Assembly: GCA_013239625.1 (NCBI GenBank)
Contig: MU053762.1
Span: 85,424 to 149,423 of the forward strand
Reading direction: 5' to 3'
Length of the DNA stretch: 64,000 bases
Source: Lama guanicoe
Lineage: Eukaryota
Numbering within the stretch: the stretch's first letter is position 1; each line of letters begins with the position of its first letter. The notes under the pieces are model-generated. The model ran no database searches. It was not told the origin of the DNA and was given only the letters and a program-made list of their open reading frames with translations. Position numbers and translations under genes: made by a program. Of the stretch, positions 1 to 14,372 are shown piece by piece.

Positions 1-639
1 AAATTAGTTAAGGCTGAGAAAAATGTATTGTAGAATTTATATTAAGCCTTCCTCTCTTGTACACCATATATAGGCCATTTAAATACTACGCATTTTTAAA
101 AAGTCTGCATAATAAATTTTTTAATTATGTATTAAATAATCATAATAGTTAAAATTCTTTAAATGCGTACTATTGCTTCAGCACACATCTATTTTTCTAA
201 ATCCTCACAATCGCCCTGTGGGGAAGGTAACGTTATATCTCTTTTACATATGAGGAAATAGAGCCACTGGGAGATGATGCAATTTGCCCCAAATGAAGCA
301 ACTATTAAGTGAAAGAACTGAAATACCCAAAGAGCCCAAAGACACACTAACTGTAGAGCAATGCCTACTACATGGTGTGTGAAATCAATTCTGATTCATT
401 TCAGAACATTTACAAACTGGACACATTTCCATTATCCTTCCAAGCACTTAATGGGTTCAGTATTTCTTAAGAAACAGGAAAGCTTTCCATTCTCCTTCCT
501 CAAGTTTCTTCTTACATATCATCTATTCTGATCATAATTTTAATATTTGCTCATTAAAGAAAATTTGAAAGTACTCAGTAGTGGACAGAACTGCTGTCCT
601 GGATCTGTCCCCAGTCTTAGAAGAGGACCCAGATTTTGC

Positions 640-1095
640 TTTAGGATAAATAACCTCCCTTCTATATTTAGTCCTGTGATTTAAGCTCGATTGACCCATT
701 CTTTCTGAAGCACCAGAGGTAGATCTTAGTTGGTTTAAGACAAATAATACCCCTCATTGGCCTCGCACATGATTTGAGAATTGGCAAATAACCCATTAAG
801 AGCCACTGTTGTCACGAGATACGTGCTGGTGCCCATGTGAATGATGAGCTTCCTCTATCAAGACAGGAAGCTGCCAAAAGAGACCTCTCTTGGCTTGGAT
901 GGATGTGTGATCTGGGATGCTGTGTGCCTAGAAGCAGCATGCTGAGACACCATTGGACACAGAATGAAGACAGGACAAAACCAGCCCTTGACATCATCTG
1001 GGCTACAGTATCTCTCCTTGACTGAAGCCAGACCTCAGACCTGAGGTTTTCATTTACAGGAACCAATAAATACCATCCATCCCCATTTTTTGGTT
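640..1095 (+). mobile_element. Old MaLR (MLT1-like) LTR remnant
   Basis: Typical 3' motifs tgaagccagacc...ttttcatttacaggaaccaataaat. Confidence 0.55.
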
Positions 1096-2390
1096 GTTGT
1101 TTAAATACATTGGAGATTGATTTTGTCATATACAATCAAAAGACTCCAACTCTGAAAATGAATAAAAAATAAAATAAGAAAAATTCTTCTACATATAGAT
1201 ATAATTCCTTCAGGACTGTTCATTGTTTGTATATTAAAAATCATTTTATATATTAATTTTATTCTCAAGCCTATCATAAGCATAACACTTTGACATGTCA
1301 TAAAATATTTCCATGGACACACTTTTTCATGGCTGCATAATATTTTACTATGTGAAGGGTTGGAAGAATATTTTGGCTGAGATTTTATATATATATATAT
1401 AAAAATATGCCTGTGACTTAGATCCATACTGACTTTTCCCTGCCATTTTGAAATACTTCCTGATTAAAAGTTTTTCAAAGCTGAATTAGTGGATTAAAGC
1501 ATATGAATATTTTTGACTCTTGAGATGAACTGCCAGACTGCTTTCTAAGAAGGTTGGAGGAGTACACCGGAAACAAATACAGCACTGTAAATCAACCATA
1601 CTTCACAAAAAATATCCAGCAGCCTAGGCATGGGATTGGTGATTACTGGCACTTCATCCTCAAACAGAGCTATGTCACTTGAGAGGTGGAAAACTATTTC
1701 ATTTTGATGTGCACTGACTGAATTACATTGGAGCCTGACATCTACTTATTTCCTTTGTGAATGTGTGTTCATCTTTGACTTCTCCACTTCTGAGATTTTT
1801 TTGGTGTTATCTTTGAAGTGATCTGAACTCTCTATGTATTAAAGGAATTAGTCCCTTGTCGGATTTGTTAACAAATAACATCCTCTGGTGTTTTGTTTAA
1901 ACTTAGGATGCTTCTGAGGCATGGAAATCTTTATATATTTTCCTCTGAATTTTATTACACATCTAGAGGTTGTATATTCATCCATATTTATTTCTAGTAT
2001 TTTTCTAATTGTGTTACTTTTTTAAATGTTTCTGGAATTTGTCACAATATATAATTCACTGTATGATTTCAATATTTACATTTTCCCCCAAATAGCTAAT
2101 AAGTATTCCATTTATTGAATAACCTTTATTTACCTCCCTGATTTGTAATTCCTTCCATCTTGCATATTAAATTATTATTGATATCAGAGCCCATATTTGG
2201 ACTTCCTGTCCTATTCTCTAATCTGGCTATTCTTGAGCTAGTGAAACACTCATTATCTTATTATTATTTACTAATATGATTTTATTCACAATAAACCCCA
2301 AGTCAATTTTATAAGTTCTGATATTTTGGAGATATGGTCTTTTAATCTAGAATCATGTGTTTATAGTATCTTTTATGTCTTTCAGTAGTA

Positions 2391-2439
2391 CGTATGCAAG
2401 TATGTATGTATGTATGTATGTATGTATGTATGTATGTAT
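2391..2439. repeat. (TATG)n microsatellite
   Basis: Direct reading. Confidence 0.95.
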
Positions 2440-2869
2440 TTTGATAGTTCCTATTATCCTTTGGTTAGGCTATTCTTAGACATTTTACCTTGGTTGTTAC
2501 TCTTGGAAAATTTTAGAATTCTTAGTGCCTCGTTCTGTTCTCTTAATCAGACCCTGAAGAATCCTAAACCACTGATCTGACTTGAACAAATGAGGTGAAA
2601 AGAATTGGGGGAAGCACTGTGAGCAGAAGACACTGTGGAACTTCCAGAGTGGCTCCCTGTGTAGGCACAGATGTTCTCCGGAAACAGCTTCCTCTATGAG
2701 ACTACATAGTTCCCAGCTTGACTTTCAGTTTTCTCAGCATTTCACATTAGATTTTAAAAAGTCTATGGCAGGTTCTTACCCAGAAAAAGAGCACTTGCAT
2801 AAAGTGTTATAGGTATACACTTTCCCCAGGTGGTAAATGGAACATGCTCTTCTTCCTAATTAAAAATGG

Positions 2870-3148
2870 ATACAGGACAGAAATAGACTCACAGAGTATA
2901 CAGACTTGTGGTTACCAGGGGGGTGGAGGGTGGGAAGGGATAGATTGGGATTTCAAAATTGTAGAATAGATAAACAAGATTACACTGTATAGCACAGGGA
3001 TATATACACAAAATGTTATGATAACTCACAGAGAAAAAAAGTGACGAGTGTGTATATGACCATGAATGACTGAAAAATTGTGCTGAACACTGGAATTTGA
3101 CACAACATTGTAAAATGATTATAAATCAACAAAAAATTTTTTAAAAAT
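2870..3148 (+). mobile_element. Short L1 3'UTR fragment
   Basis: Nearly the same sequence as the 3' ends at 8760-9030 and 28200-28480, ending in an A-rich tail. Confidence 0.9.
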
Positions 3149-3149
3149 C

Positions 3150-6100
3150 TATACATAATAGGGGCTCCAGAAGGGGAAGAAAGAACAAAGGGGATTGAAA
3201 AGGTATTTGAAGAAAGTATGACTGAAACCTTCCCAAACTTAAAGAAGGAATCAGATATCCAAGTTCAGGAGGATCAGAGGGTGCCAAACAGGGAGAACAC
3301 AAACAGACACACACCAAGACATATCCTAATCAAGTTGGCCAGAGTCAAGGATAGAGAAATGATCCTAAATGCCTTCAGGCAAGAGGAAAACAAAGAGAGA
3401 GTTACAATGGAACCCCTTAAGGCTCTCAGCGGATTTCTCTACACAAACACTACAGGCCAGAAGGGAGTGGCAAGATATATTGAAAGTCCTGAATGAAAAA
3501 AAAAATGCAGCCTAGAATACTATATCCAGCAAAGCAATCATTTAGAATAGAAGGAGAGATAAAGATCTTCACAGACAAGCAAAAACTCAAAGAGTTTATC
3601 AACATTAAACCCATGATAAAAAAAAATTGATAAGTCTGCTCTAAATAGAAAAGAAGCAGGATGCTACAAAAATGAGAAACTCATAACCAGAAAGGTGATA
3701 ACCACCATGCTTTACAAATTCAATAAAAACAAAATTGTAAAAGAGGACTTCTAAATCTTTAAGAGTGGGAAAGGGAAGCAAGAAAATATGAAGTATTTTC
3801 TTTCTCTTTTCTTTTAACATTTTTATTGATTTATAATCATTTTACAATGTTGTGTCAAATTCCAGTGNNNNNNNNNNNNNNNNNNNNNNNNNNNNNNNNN
3901 NNNNNNNNNNNNNNNNNNNNNNNNNNNNNNNNNNNNNNNNNNNNNNNNNNNNNNNNNNNNNNNNNNNNNNNNNNNNNNNNNNNNNNNNNNNNNTTATCTA
4001 TTCTTTTGAAATCCCAATCTATCCCTTCCCACCCTCCACCCCCCTGGTAACCACAAGTCTGTATTCTCTGTCTGTTAGTCTATTTCTGTCCTGTATTTAT
4101 GCTTTGTTTTTGTTTGTTTGTTTGTTTTTGTTTTTGTTTTAAGATTCCACAAATGAGCGATCTCATATGGTATTTTCATTTCTCTTTCTGGCTTACTTCA
4201 CTTAGAATGACATTCTCCAGGTGCAAACACGTTGCTGCAAATGGCATTATGTTGTCAGTTTTTATGGATAAGTAGTATTCCATTGTATAAATATACCACA
4301 TCTTCTTTATCCATTCACCTGTTGATGGACATTTAGACTGTTTCCATGCTTTGGCTTTTGTAAATAGTGCTGCTATGAACATTGGGGTGCAGGTGTCATC
4401 CTGAAGTAGATTTCCTTCTGGATACAAGCCCAGGAGTGGGATTCCTTGGTCATATGTTAAGTCTATTCCTAGTCTTTTGAGGAATCTCCACAGTTTTCCA
4501 TAGTGGCTGCATCAAACTGCATTCCCACCAGCAGTGTTGAAGGGTTCCCCTTTCTCCACAGCTTCTCCAACATTTGTCATTCATGGATTTCTGAATGAGG
4601 CCATTCTGATGGTGTGAGGTGATACCTCATTGTAGTTTTGATTTGCATTTCTCTGAGTATTTTCTTTTCTTTCTTTTGTGTAAAAGTTTTTTTAATCTCT
4701 GTAGGATGGGTTTGAGATTATATTACTATCTATTTAGTACACACAGTTACAGTAATAAGTTAATAGACTTACAAAAAAGGGTAACCACAAGTCAAAAACT
4801 TACAAGGGACTCACAAAAACTAAACACAATCCAAGATAATACAAAAGAAAATTGCCAAGCCACAAAAGGAAGAAGAATGGAGCAAAGAGGAAATACCAAA
4901 TCAAATGCAAAAATAAGTTCAAAATACAAATAAACACTGATCTATTATTAATTACAGTAAATTTTAATGAACTAAATGCTCCAGTCAAAAGATGTAGAGT
5001 GGCAGACTGGATAATAAAGCAAGAACTTTCAATATGCTGCATAAAACAGACACATTTTTGGGAGAAGGACACATATAGATTGAGAGTGAAAGGATGGAAC
5101 AGGATATTCCATGCAAATGGAAAAGCCAAAAGAGCAGGTGTAACAGTACTGATTTCAGACAAAATGCACTTTAAAACAAGGGCCATAAAGTTAAATAAGG
5201 ACATTTTATAAAGATTAAATGAGTAATACAAGATGAGGATATTATAATCATCAATATATATGCACCCAAAATAGGAGAACCTAAGTACTTAAAAGAACTA
5301 CTAACAGAGATAAGGGGGATATTGATGGGAATACAATCATTGTCAGAAATTTTAACACCGCATTATCATCACTAGACAGATCTTCCAGACAGAAAATAAA
5401 TAAGGTAACAGAAAAACTAAATGGTACAATAGAAAAATTAGATTTAGTGGATATTTTCAGAGCATTATGCCCCCCAACAATAGGATACAAATTCTTTTCA
5501 AGTGTGCATGAAACATTTTCTAGGATTGATCATGTACTTGGGCACAAAAGAAGCCTCAAGTATTTTAAGATAGAAATTATCTCAGGCATCTTTACTGAAC
5601 ACAATGCCATGAAACTAGAAATCAACTACAGAGAAACAAAGAAGAAAAAAAGGAAAGCATGGAGATTAAACAACATGCTATTAAAAAAATGGGTCAATGA
5701 GGAAATCAAAGTTGAAATTAAAAAATACCTTGAGACAAATGAAAACGAAAACACAACCACACACAACTTATGGGATGCAGCAATGTCAGTGCTAAGAGGG
5801 AAGTTTAGGGTGATGCAGGCCTTCCTCATAAAAGAAGAATAAACAGTCTAATCCACCAGTTAAAAGAACAAGAAAAAGAAGAGCAAAAACACCCAAAAGT
5901 CAGCAAAAGGAAGGAAATAATAAAGATCAGGGAGGAAATAAATAAAATAGAGATTTTAAAAAAGCAGAAAAATATCAATCAAACCAAAAGCTGCTTTTTT
6001 GAAAGAGTAAATAAAATCCACAAACCTCTGGTCAAACTCACAAAGAAAAAATAAAGAGCACAAATAAGCAAAATAGGAAAGGAAAATGGAGAAATTACAA

Positions 6101-9035
6101 AAAATATCATAGAAATACAGAATATCATACAAGAATATAATGAAAAATGTATGGAACCAAAATGGATAACATACAAGAGATGGACAAGTTTCTGGAAACA
6201 TACAGTCTACCAGGACTCAATCAAGAAGAAACTGACCACTTGAACAAAACAATCACTAGAAATGAAATCATATTAGCAATAGAAAACCTCCCTACTAATA
6301 AAATTCCAGGACCGGAAGGCTTCACCAGGGAATTCTCCCACACATACAAAGAACTCATACCAGTCCTTCTCAAACTCTTCCAGAAGACTGAAAAACAGGG
6401 AAAACTCCCAAACTCATTCTATGAAGCCACCATTACCCTGATATCAAAACCACCATTACCCTGATATCAAAACCACAAAAAAAGAGAATTATAGACCAGT
6501 ATCACTAATGAACACAGATGCAAAAATCCTTACCAAAATACTAGCAAATAGAATCCAACAGCACATAAGAAAGATTATACATCATGGTCAAGTGGGGTTC
6601 ATCCCAGGGACATAAGGATGTTTCAACATATGCAAACCAATAAATGTAATACATCACATCAACAAGACAAAGGACAAAAACCACATGATCATCTCAATAG
6701 ATGCAGAAAGATCTTATGATAAAATTCAATACCCATTTATGATAAAAACTCTCACCCAGGTGGGTATAGAGGGAACATATCTCAACATAATAAAAGCTAT
6801 ATATGACAAACCTACAGCCAGCATAGAACTCAATGGTGAAAAACACAAAAGCTTCCCACTAAAATCTGGGACAAGACAATGTTGTCCAATATCACCATTC
6901 CTATTCAATATAGTCTTGGAAGTCCTGCCCACAGCAATCAGGCAAGAGAGAGAAGTAAAAGGGATCCAAATTGGAAAATAAGACATAAAAGTGTCATTAT
7001 ATGCCGATGATACATTACTATATATAGAAAACTCTAAAAGGTCCACAAAAAAATTACTAGATGTGTTTAAAGAATTCAGCAAGGTAGCAGGTGACAAGGT
7101 TAACTTTCAAAAATCAGTTGCATTTCTTTACACTAATGATGAATCAACAGAAAAAGAAACTAAAGAAACAATCCCCTTTAAAATAGCACCCAAAGTAATA
7201 AAATACACTGTAATAAATATAACCAAGGAGGTGAAAGAATTATACACAGAAAACTATAAACCATTGATGAAGGAAATTAAAGAAGACTCTTAAATATGGA
7301 AAGATATCCCATGTTCTTTGATTGGAAGAATCAATATTGTGAAAATGGTCACACTGCCCAAGGCAATCTACAGATTTAATGCAATCCCTATCAAATTACC
7401 CAGAACATACTTCACAGAACTAGAACAAAGAATAATAAAATTTATATGGAACCATCAAAGACCTAGAATTGCCAAAGCATTACTGAAGAGAAAGGAAGAG
7501 CCTGGAGGAATAACTCTCCTAGACTTCACACAATACTACAGAGCTGCAGTCATCAAGACATCATGGTATTGGTACAAGAACAGACATGTAGATCAATGAA
7601 ACAGAATAGAGAGCCCAGAAATGAACTCAGAAACAGTTGGTCAACTCATCCTGGACAAAGGAGGCAAGAATATACAATGGAAAAAAGACAGCCTCTTCAG
7701 CAAGTGGTGTTGGGAAAACTGGACAGCAACATGTGAAGAAATGAAGCTAGAACGCTCCCTTACACTGTACACAAAAATCAACCCAAAATGGATCAAAGAC
7801 TTAAATATAAGACAAGATAAAATAAACCTCCTAGAAGAAAATATAGGCAAAACATTATCTGACATGCATATCAAAAATGCTCTCTTAGAAGAGTCATCTC
7901 AAGCAATAGAAATAAAATCAAGAATAAACAAATGGGACCTTATGAAACTTACAAGCTTTTGCACAGCAAAGGAAACCATAAGTAAAACAAAAAGACCTAC
8001 AGAATGGGAGAAAATTTTTGCAAAGGAAACCAACAAAGGCTTGATCTCCAGAATATATAAGCAGCTCATATGACTTAATAAGAAACAATCAAACAACACA
8101 ATCCAAAAATGGGCAAAAGACCTCAACAAGCAATTGTCCCAGGAAGACATAGAAATGATCAATAGGAACAAGAAAAAATACTCAATATCATTAATTATCA
8201 GAGAAATGCAAATCAAAACTACAATGAGGTATCACCTCACGCTAGTCAGAATGGCCATCATTCAAAAATCCACAAATGCCAAATGATGGAAAGGCTGTGG
8301 AGAAAGGGGAGCCCTCCTACACTGCTGGTGGGAATGCAGTTTGGTGCAGCCACTGTGGAAAACAGTATGGAGGTTCCTCAAAAGAGTAGGAATAGACTTA
8401 CCGTATGACCAAGTAATCCCGCTCCTGGACATATATCCAGAAAGAACTCTACTTCAAAACGATACCTGAACCCCAATGTTCATAGCAGCACTATTTACAA
8501 TAGTGAAGACATGGAAACAGCCTAAATATCCATCAACAGGTGACTGGATAAAGAAGATGTGGTATATTTATACAATGGGATACTACTCAGCCATAAAAAC
8601 CGACAACGTAATGCCTTTTGCAGCAACGTGTTTGCATCTGGAGAATGTCATTCTAAGTGAAGTAAGCCAGCAAGAGAAAGAAAAATACCACATGAAATCA
8701 CTTATATGTGGAATCTAAAAAACAACAACAACAACAACAAAAATGAAGCATAAATACAAAAGAGAAATATATTCATAGACATAGAGTACAAACTTGAGGT
8801 AGCCAGGGGGACGGGGGTAGGAAGGGACAAAGTGGGATTTCAAAATGTAGAATAGATAAATAGTATTGTGCTGTGCAGCACAGGGAAATATATATAGGAT
8901 CTTGTGGTGCTCACAGCAAAAGATAATATGACAGTAAATATATGTATGTTCTGTTATAACTGAAAAATTGTTCTTTACACTGGAATTTGACACAACATTG
9001 TAAAATGACTATAACTCAATAAAAAAAGTTAAAAA
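3150..9035 (+). mobile_element. 5'-truncated LINE-1 (partial ORF1, disrupted ORF2, 3'UTR)
   Basis: ORF1 piece (ETFPNLKKESDIQVQE), endonuclease (VNFNELNAPVKR), RT (SLYADD at ~7000), C-terminus and aataaa/A tail; many stops. Confidence 0.97.
3806..4655 (-). mobile_element. Antisense L1 3' fragment nested in the inter-ORF region of the host L1
   Basis: Minus-strand QDDTCTPMFIAALFTKAK; flanked by near-direct repeats agtattttcttt at ~3792 and ~4656; contains gap 3868-3993. Confidence 0.92.
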
Positions 9036-9208
9036 TCAGTATTTATTGTAGTTGTTACTTCTAGAGTGTAAAGTGAGAGGATGAAATTCAACATAGTACT
9101 TTGTGGGTAACAGTTATTTTCTTTTCCTTAAACTGGGAGACAGCTTAAATATATTTTCTACTCTTTTGAATCTACTCAGTATGGAATAAAATTAACTGAA
9201 AATATTTA

Positions 9209-9290
9209 GGGGGTAGAGCTCAGCAGTAGAGTGCACACTTAGCATGCACAAGGTCCTGGGTACAATCACTAGTACCTCGAACAAAAAAAT
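9209..9290 (+). mobile_element. tRNA-derived SINE (Vic-1-like)
   Basis: gggggtagagctcagcagtagag...agcatgcacaaggtcctgggtacaatc: A/B-box, tRNA-Ala-like head, A tail. Confidence 0.8.
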
Positions 9291-10618
9291 AGATTTAAAA
9301 TGTATCTAAAATGCATATATTTTAAATACAACAATTCTATTTAAAAATTAAATAAACAGAGCTCAAATAGTTTTGAGTACAGGGAGATTATCCCCAAGAC
9401 ACCCCATACCTCTGTCCTTTACATTTTGTGTAAATTAATCTGTGTCAAAGAGTAGGAAATTTGTGGTGTGACTATCATTTCCTAAAATGAACTGTAATGA
9501 GAACAACTACCATGCAAGAGCCTTATAAAAATACTACCTTTTCACTTTGTCCCTGTATTTCTGAGATGCCTTTTTCTGGTTGGAACAATATACAAAACAA
9601 TGGAGAAGCCAAAGACAATTTAGGCAAAAGACATCAATATTCAGCTTTTGGCCCTAAACTATTTTTCGGTGAAGAGAGGAGAGTACTTCAAAGACCATCT
9701 GCAGCTTTCTAGCTAAGAAGCCATGGGGGGCACACACTCTCAGAATTCTGTTAAACAGAATGAATAATTATGCCTATATATTACACAGAGCTGCCGTGTA
9801 AGCTTCTGTCTGTGGAGCCAGTCAATAGGCTCAGGGCTAGAGAAATCTGGTCAGCAGCTCATCGCTGGTGCCCAGAAATGTGGATCCGGCCATCACAGCT
9901 GGACAGAGGCCAGATGAACAAGAGAAAATGCCTGATTCGGTGTTGCACCCCTCTGGAGGTTGAGGCCACCAAAAGCAAAGGACTAATAACACAATTCAGA
10001 GCAGTGGTGGTGATATTCAGTGTTCTGCCACCCACGTATTTCCCTCCAGACAGTGCAGCTGGTACTTTAATTTCGAGATCAAGCCCAAACTAATTATTTA
10101 TCACTTTTTTGCCTTCCTAACACTGTAAGGGCCTTTTTTTTTTAAAGAAAAACAATAATAAAATATTGCTGATTTCAGTTTTTGAACATGTATTTCTCCG
10201 TATATATTAAGAAATCATTTCTAAACACAGAAAATCACCAATTTTGCCATTGAAACCCTGAAGAAATCAGGGCTGCACTTGGCCCACATCTGTAGGGCTA
10301 AGTGAAGCATTCCTCTGCGGGCCAGAAGTTCAAGGATGATCTTCCCTCGAGACCTCCTTTCTTTTTCAAACAAAGCCTCGTCCTAAGATATTGGAGTGTT
10401 CCCTAAGGGTAATATTCCTGTCAGAGGCTGGGCTACAGTATCTAAGATTTTTTTTTCATTTCACTTAGTTATTATCCTCAGGACAAAAGGGATATATCAT
10501 CCAAAGCAGGATGTGCTCTGCAATGAATCTTCTTTTACTAAGCCAGTCAGAGACCCTGAAAATCAATTTTTGTCTAGTCAAATTTTCAGCACGGTAACAA
10601 GAAGTTAAGAGAACTTAC

Positions 10619-10742
10619 CTCCAGGTAGTTATTTTGATTAAAATATCCATACAGAAAGCAAGCCACCCCCACAACTGCTGCCATGAGGAGCATCTAAGTG
10701 TAATAGCCCAGCCAAGCAAAGTAGATTCTGACCTTCTCTATC
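10619..10742 (-). pseudogene. ANO6: ANO6 pseudo-exon (human exon 8 equivalent, TM1-coding, 124 bp)
   Basis: tctttctgcag|GATAGAGAAG...CTGGAG|gtaagt; [37 protein letters not shown]; TAG stop plus small deletions at both ends. Confidence 0.93.
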
Positions 10743-10807
10743 CTGCAGAAAGACAAAATGTAGTTTCAGAAGACACATAATCATTCTGTAGCTTCATCCT
10801 CATATCA

Positions 10808-10938
10808 TTTTTTAATTTTTCTTTTTTGGGGGGCACAATAAGGTTACTTATTTGTTTTTTAAATGGAGCCATTAGGGTTTGAACCCAGGACCTCATACAT
10901 GCTAGGCATGCACTCTGCCACTGAGCTATACCCTCCCT
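10808..10938 (-). mobile_element. tRNA-derived SINE (Vic-1-like)
   Basis: Reverse complement reads gggagggtatagctcagtggcagagtgcatgcctagcatg...ggttcaaacc. Confidence 0.85.
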
Positions 10939-13371
10939 CCATCATATTAATTTCCGACACTAAATCAAGGGGGCTTTAAGTTTAAACCTATGACTCAATT
11001 CACACTTAAAACATACGCGTTTTCATAGCAGACCCCAAATTCTACTATGAAATAAGAAGTATTTTCTGTATCATAGAAGTACTGATCACTGGTTAACCTG
11101 CTGAAGCAAGATAAATGAGAACAGGGCAAAGGAGGGGACAAGGCCAACTCCGGAGCAGATGCAGGGGATCATCACCACTCAATGGAAAGACTGGCACATT
11201 CAACAAATCCCCCTAAAGATCGTTCTTAACAAGTGTGACACGAGTGTACGTCAACAACTTGCTCAGTCATCTGCTCCTGCCTTATCTCGGGAACTTCCCA
11301 GGAGTAAATGCATCGTAAACCACAGATAATAAGAAAGTGGCTGATAATGATAACAACTGGGAGTGCAATGTCTCTCTGACAAAATATTTATAAAACTCAT
11401 TATGAGAATGGGAGAGAGCAGGAGGTATGTGACTGAGGAAGTTACCGCCCTGTATCCTTTGTATCTAGCACGTCTGTTGTTCCTAGGTTTTAAAAACTCT
11501 TCAGTGTTTCTTAGTTAATCTGGAGTAGATGGAAAAGGCCAGGTAGGCAAGATTAGAAGAAAGGGGGCAGGGCATGAAGCGGTGCCAGGCTGGTCCTGAA
11601 AGGGAGACAAACACAGACAGGCAAACACAGAGGGTTTAGGGATGATGGGGAACAATGAGACGGCGGCTCAGGTGTGTCTTGTTGCTGATACTTCCCTCAA
11701 CTGGCTCACTCCTGACTCGGCAGTGCTGGGTAAAACCTGTGGATTTCCTCAGCTCTGAGTTCTCTCTAAGGCTTCCGGCTCAATCTGGAGCTGAGATGAG
11801 TTCCGTGGGATTAGCCTAGGGGAGACTCAGCTCTAAGAACAGCCTGGAGTCCTGGAAAACTTCAAGCAGGAACCCCCTTGGGCTGGACCAGCACTCACAG
11901 AGAAGCTGTGAGACCAGCTCCATCGTCAGAGACCTGGGCGTGGACCAATCCATGGGGAAAAGTGCTGAACCCGATGCCGAATCAGATAGGAGGGACAAAG
12001 TGTGTTTATTCTCATGTGACTGGGCTTTGTGGCCTGGCTCACGGATGGCAGGCTCAGGATGGTGTCTGGCAGAGAAAACCCGGGCAATGGGTTTCAGATG
12101 TCTTGGACTCTTTCTTGTTAAGCTTTCTGTAATACATTCTTATCAACTATCCCTCCTGAAAATGCCACATTCAAAACTGAAAGAATGTTAGAAGTTGCCT
12201 GCTCCAACTGCCCAATGGTAAACACACCCTGCTACAGTTAGAGAGCTGGTCAGGCAGCCTCTGCCTGGATATTTACAGTGACGGGGAGTTCATTACTTCC
12301 GAAGGTTACATGTCGGCAAGAAGGTCAGAAAGAATTTTTGAGCCTTAAACAGATGTCTGCCTCCTAGTCCTTGCTGAAAGGCTAAGAATAATGAGGATCC
12401 CTTCAAATGTAGTTTTGTCTGATTGTTATCTCTCTCTGTCAAAAACACCCCAATTCTTAACATCAATTTTTTCAAAATTCAGTTTTGATTTCTTTTTATC
12501 AAAATTATACCATACATTCATTAAAGTGTCAAACTGTTCTAAAACACCTATTGTAAAAAGGAGCAGTCCCCAACAACCGCCCCCATTTCCTGGCTAGAAG
12601 AAAACACGTTCAGCTCCTACTGCTGACTCTTGGAATAATTACCCCCCTATCTCTGACTAATATCCTTGTAGCACAGCCTACTGACTTTTTCAGCTTTATG
12701 TATCACTTATTTGACTTTTTATTTTGGAAGATGAGGATTAAGCTCTCTTTCAAACCCCATCTCATCTACACACCCAAACCTTCATTCTTCCAACCTTTGG
12801 GCATGATTACATTATAATTTTGATCAGCTCAATATCCTTGGGTTGCATTATTAGGACTCTGTACAGACTGTTCACAGCTGTAGCAAGTTGTCTTCTAGGC
12901 TTATTTTTTTCTTCCCTACTTTATTTATCCTGGAGTTAATAATTGGCTTGGTGGTTCATAGCTTAGTTTGCTGTGAATTTAACAATTCAACCCCAGACCT
13001 TCTTCTAATGAATAACTTTCTCACTACTTTCTAATACATTGTCTACAAATTTCACCTCCTTGAATAAATCTCTTCTGATCTCCTTCGACCTGGATTAATG
13101 ACATGCTAGTCTTGTCACAGATCTCAAGGGGTCACTAGTCGGAAACAACCAAGGGACCAGGAGCAGGGAACAGATCAATGTATTTTCCTTAGCAAAACAT
13201 ACTTAAAATAATTGGAAAATTGTTTTTTTACAAACACAGACATACACACATACCCTAAAAGCCCATAAAGAATGATTAAAGAGCCATCGAACCCATCGCC
13301 CTGCCATCAAATACTGTATAACATAAAACAAAAATAACAGAAGGAAAACATCATATAAATATGAGTCTCAA

Positions 13372-13483
13372 GGGGGGTGGGGTACACTCAGTGGCAGAGT
13401 GTGTGCTCAGCATGCATAACGTCCTAGATTCAATCTTCAGTACCTCCATTAGAAAAAATAAATATTTAAAAAGAAAAGAAAAA
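13372..13483 (+). mobile_element. tRNA-derived SINE (Vic-1-like)
   Basis: ggggtacactcagtggcagagtgtgtgctcagcatgca...ttcaatcttcagtacctcca plus A-rich tail. Confidence 0.8.
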
Positions 13484-14292
13484 TGTATCAACTTTAAATA
13501 TTTACACATGTACAAACATCCTCTTTGAAAACTGTTCTACTGGATAACCCGGGTTAATGAGAAAGTGCCTTTCCTTGACTGTGATCCTGCTGACAAATGA
13601 AGGAGGAAATTAGAGTATGGCCAGATGAAATAAAATCCCTTATGAAATAATGATCCAAGATGACAATCATTACTGGCTCCCATCACAATAAAGAGTCAAC
13701 TGGACATTATGTGCCTTGTGACAGGAGAACAAAACTCCACGTAACAAGTATTCTTGCACAAAGTTGAATCTCAAGCTTTTAGGGGAGGATCAAATCACTT
13801 AGCTAAAGCAAATACATAGGATGGAGAAACAAGTCTAACACCACAGGGAAGAATGAATTCAGCCAAACAGAAAACACAGAAGCCCCTCTACAATTTCAAG
13901 GAAAATGAGAAACAGGAAAATTATAGATTAGAACCCACTTGAGAGATATGCTAGCAGCAATGTCTGAACCTAGTCTATATCCTGATTGCAGTCCAAAAAT
14001 TACTTAAAAATATATTTTTGGATAATCAGGGAATTATTTTGTGACCCTAAAAGAAAGGACTATTTCAATTGTGTTTAAAGAGATCTTGACATTTCACTAA
14101 TGAGAGGTTAAGCTATGTAGGATTGTCTTCAAAATGATCCCATAGTGGGGGAGGGGGAGGCGGAGAGAAAATATGGAACAACAGTGACTCTGAGTTTATA
14201 ATTCTGGAGCTGGGTGACCGCTACAAGCAGGCCGGCTGTACTGTTCTCTCTACTTATGTACATGTTTGAAACTTTCCATAAAATGTGAAACA

Positions 14293-14372
14293 TGTATGAC
14301 TGAAAAATTGTGCTGAACACTGGAATTTGACACAACATTGCAAAATGATTATAAATCAATAAAAAAGTTTTT
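14293..14372 (+). mobile_element. ~80-bp extremely truncated L1 3' tip with target-site duplication
   Basis: tgtatgactgaaaaattgtgctgaacactggaatttgacacaacattg matches the local L1 3' ends; flanked by aaatgtgaaaca / aaagtgaaaca. Confidence 0.85.
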
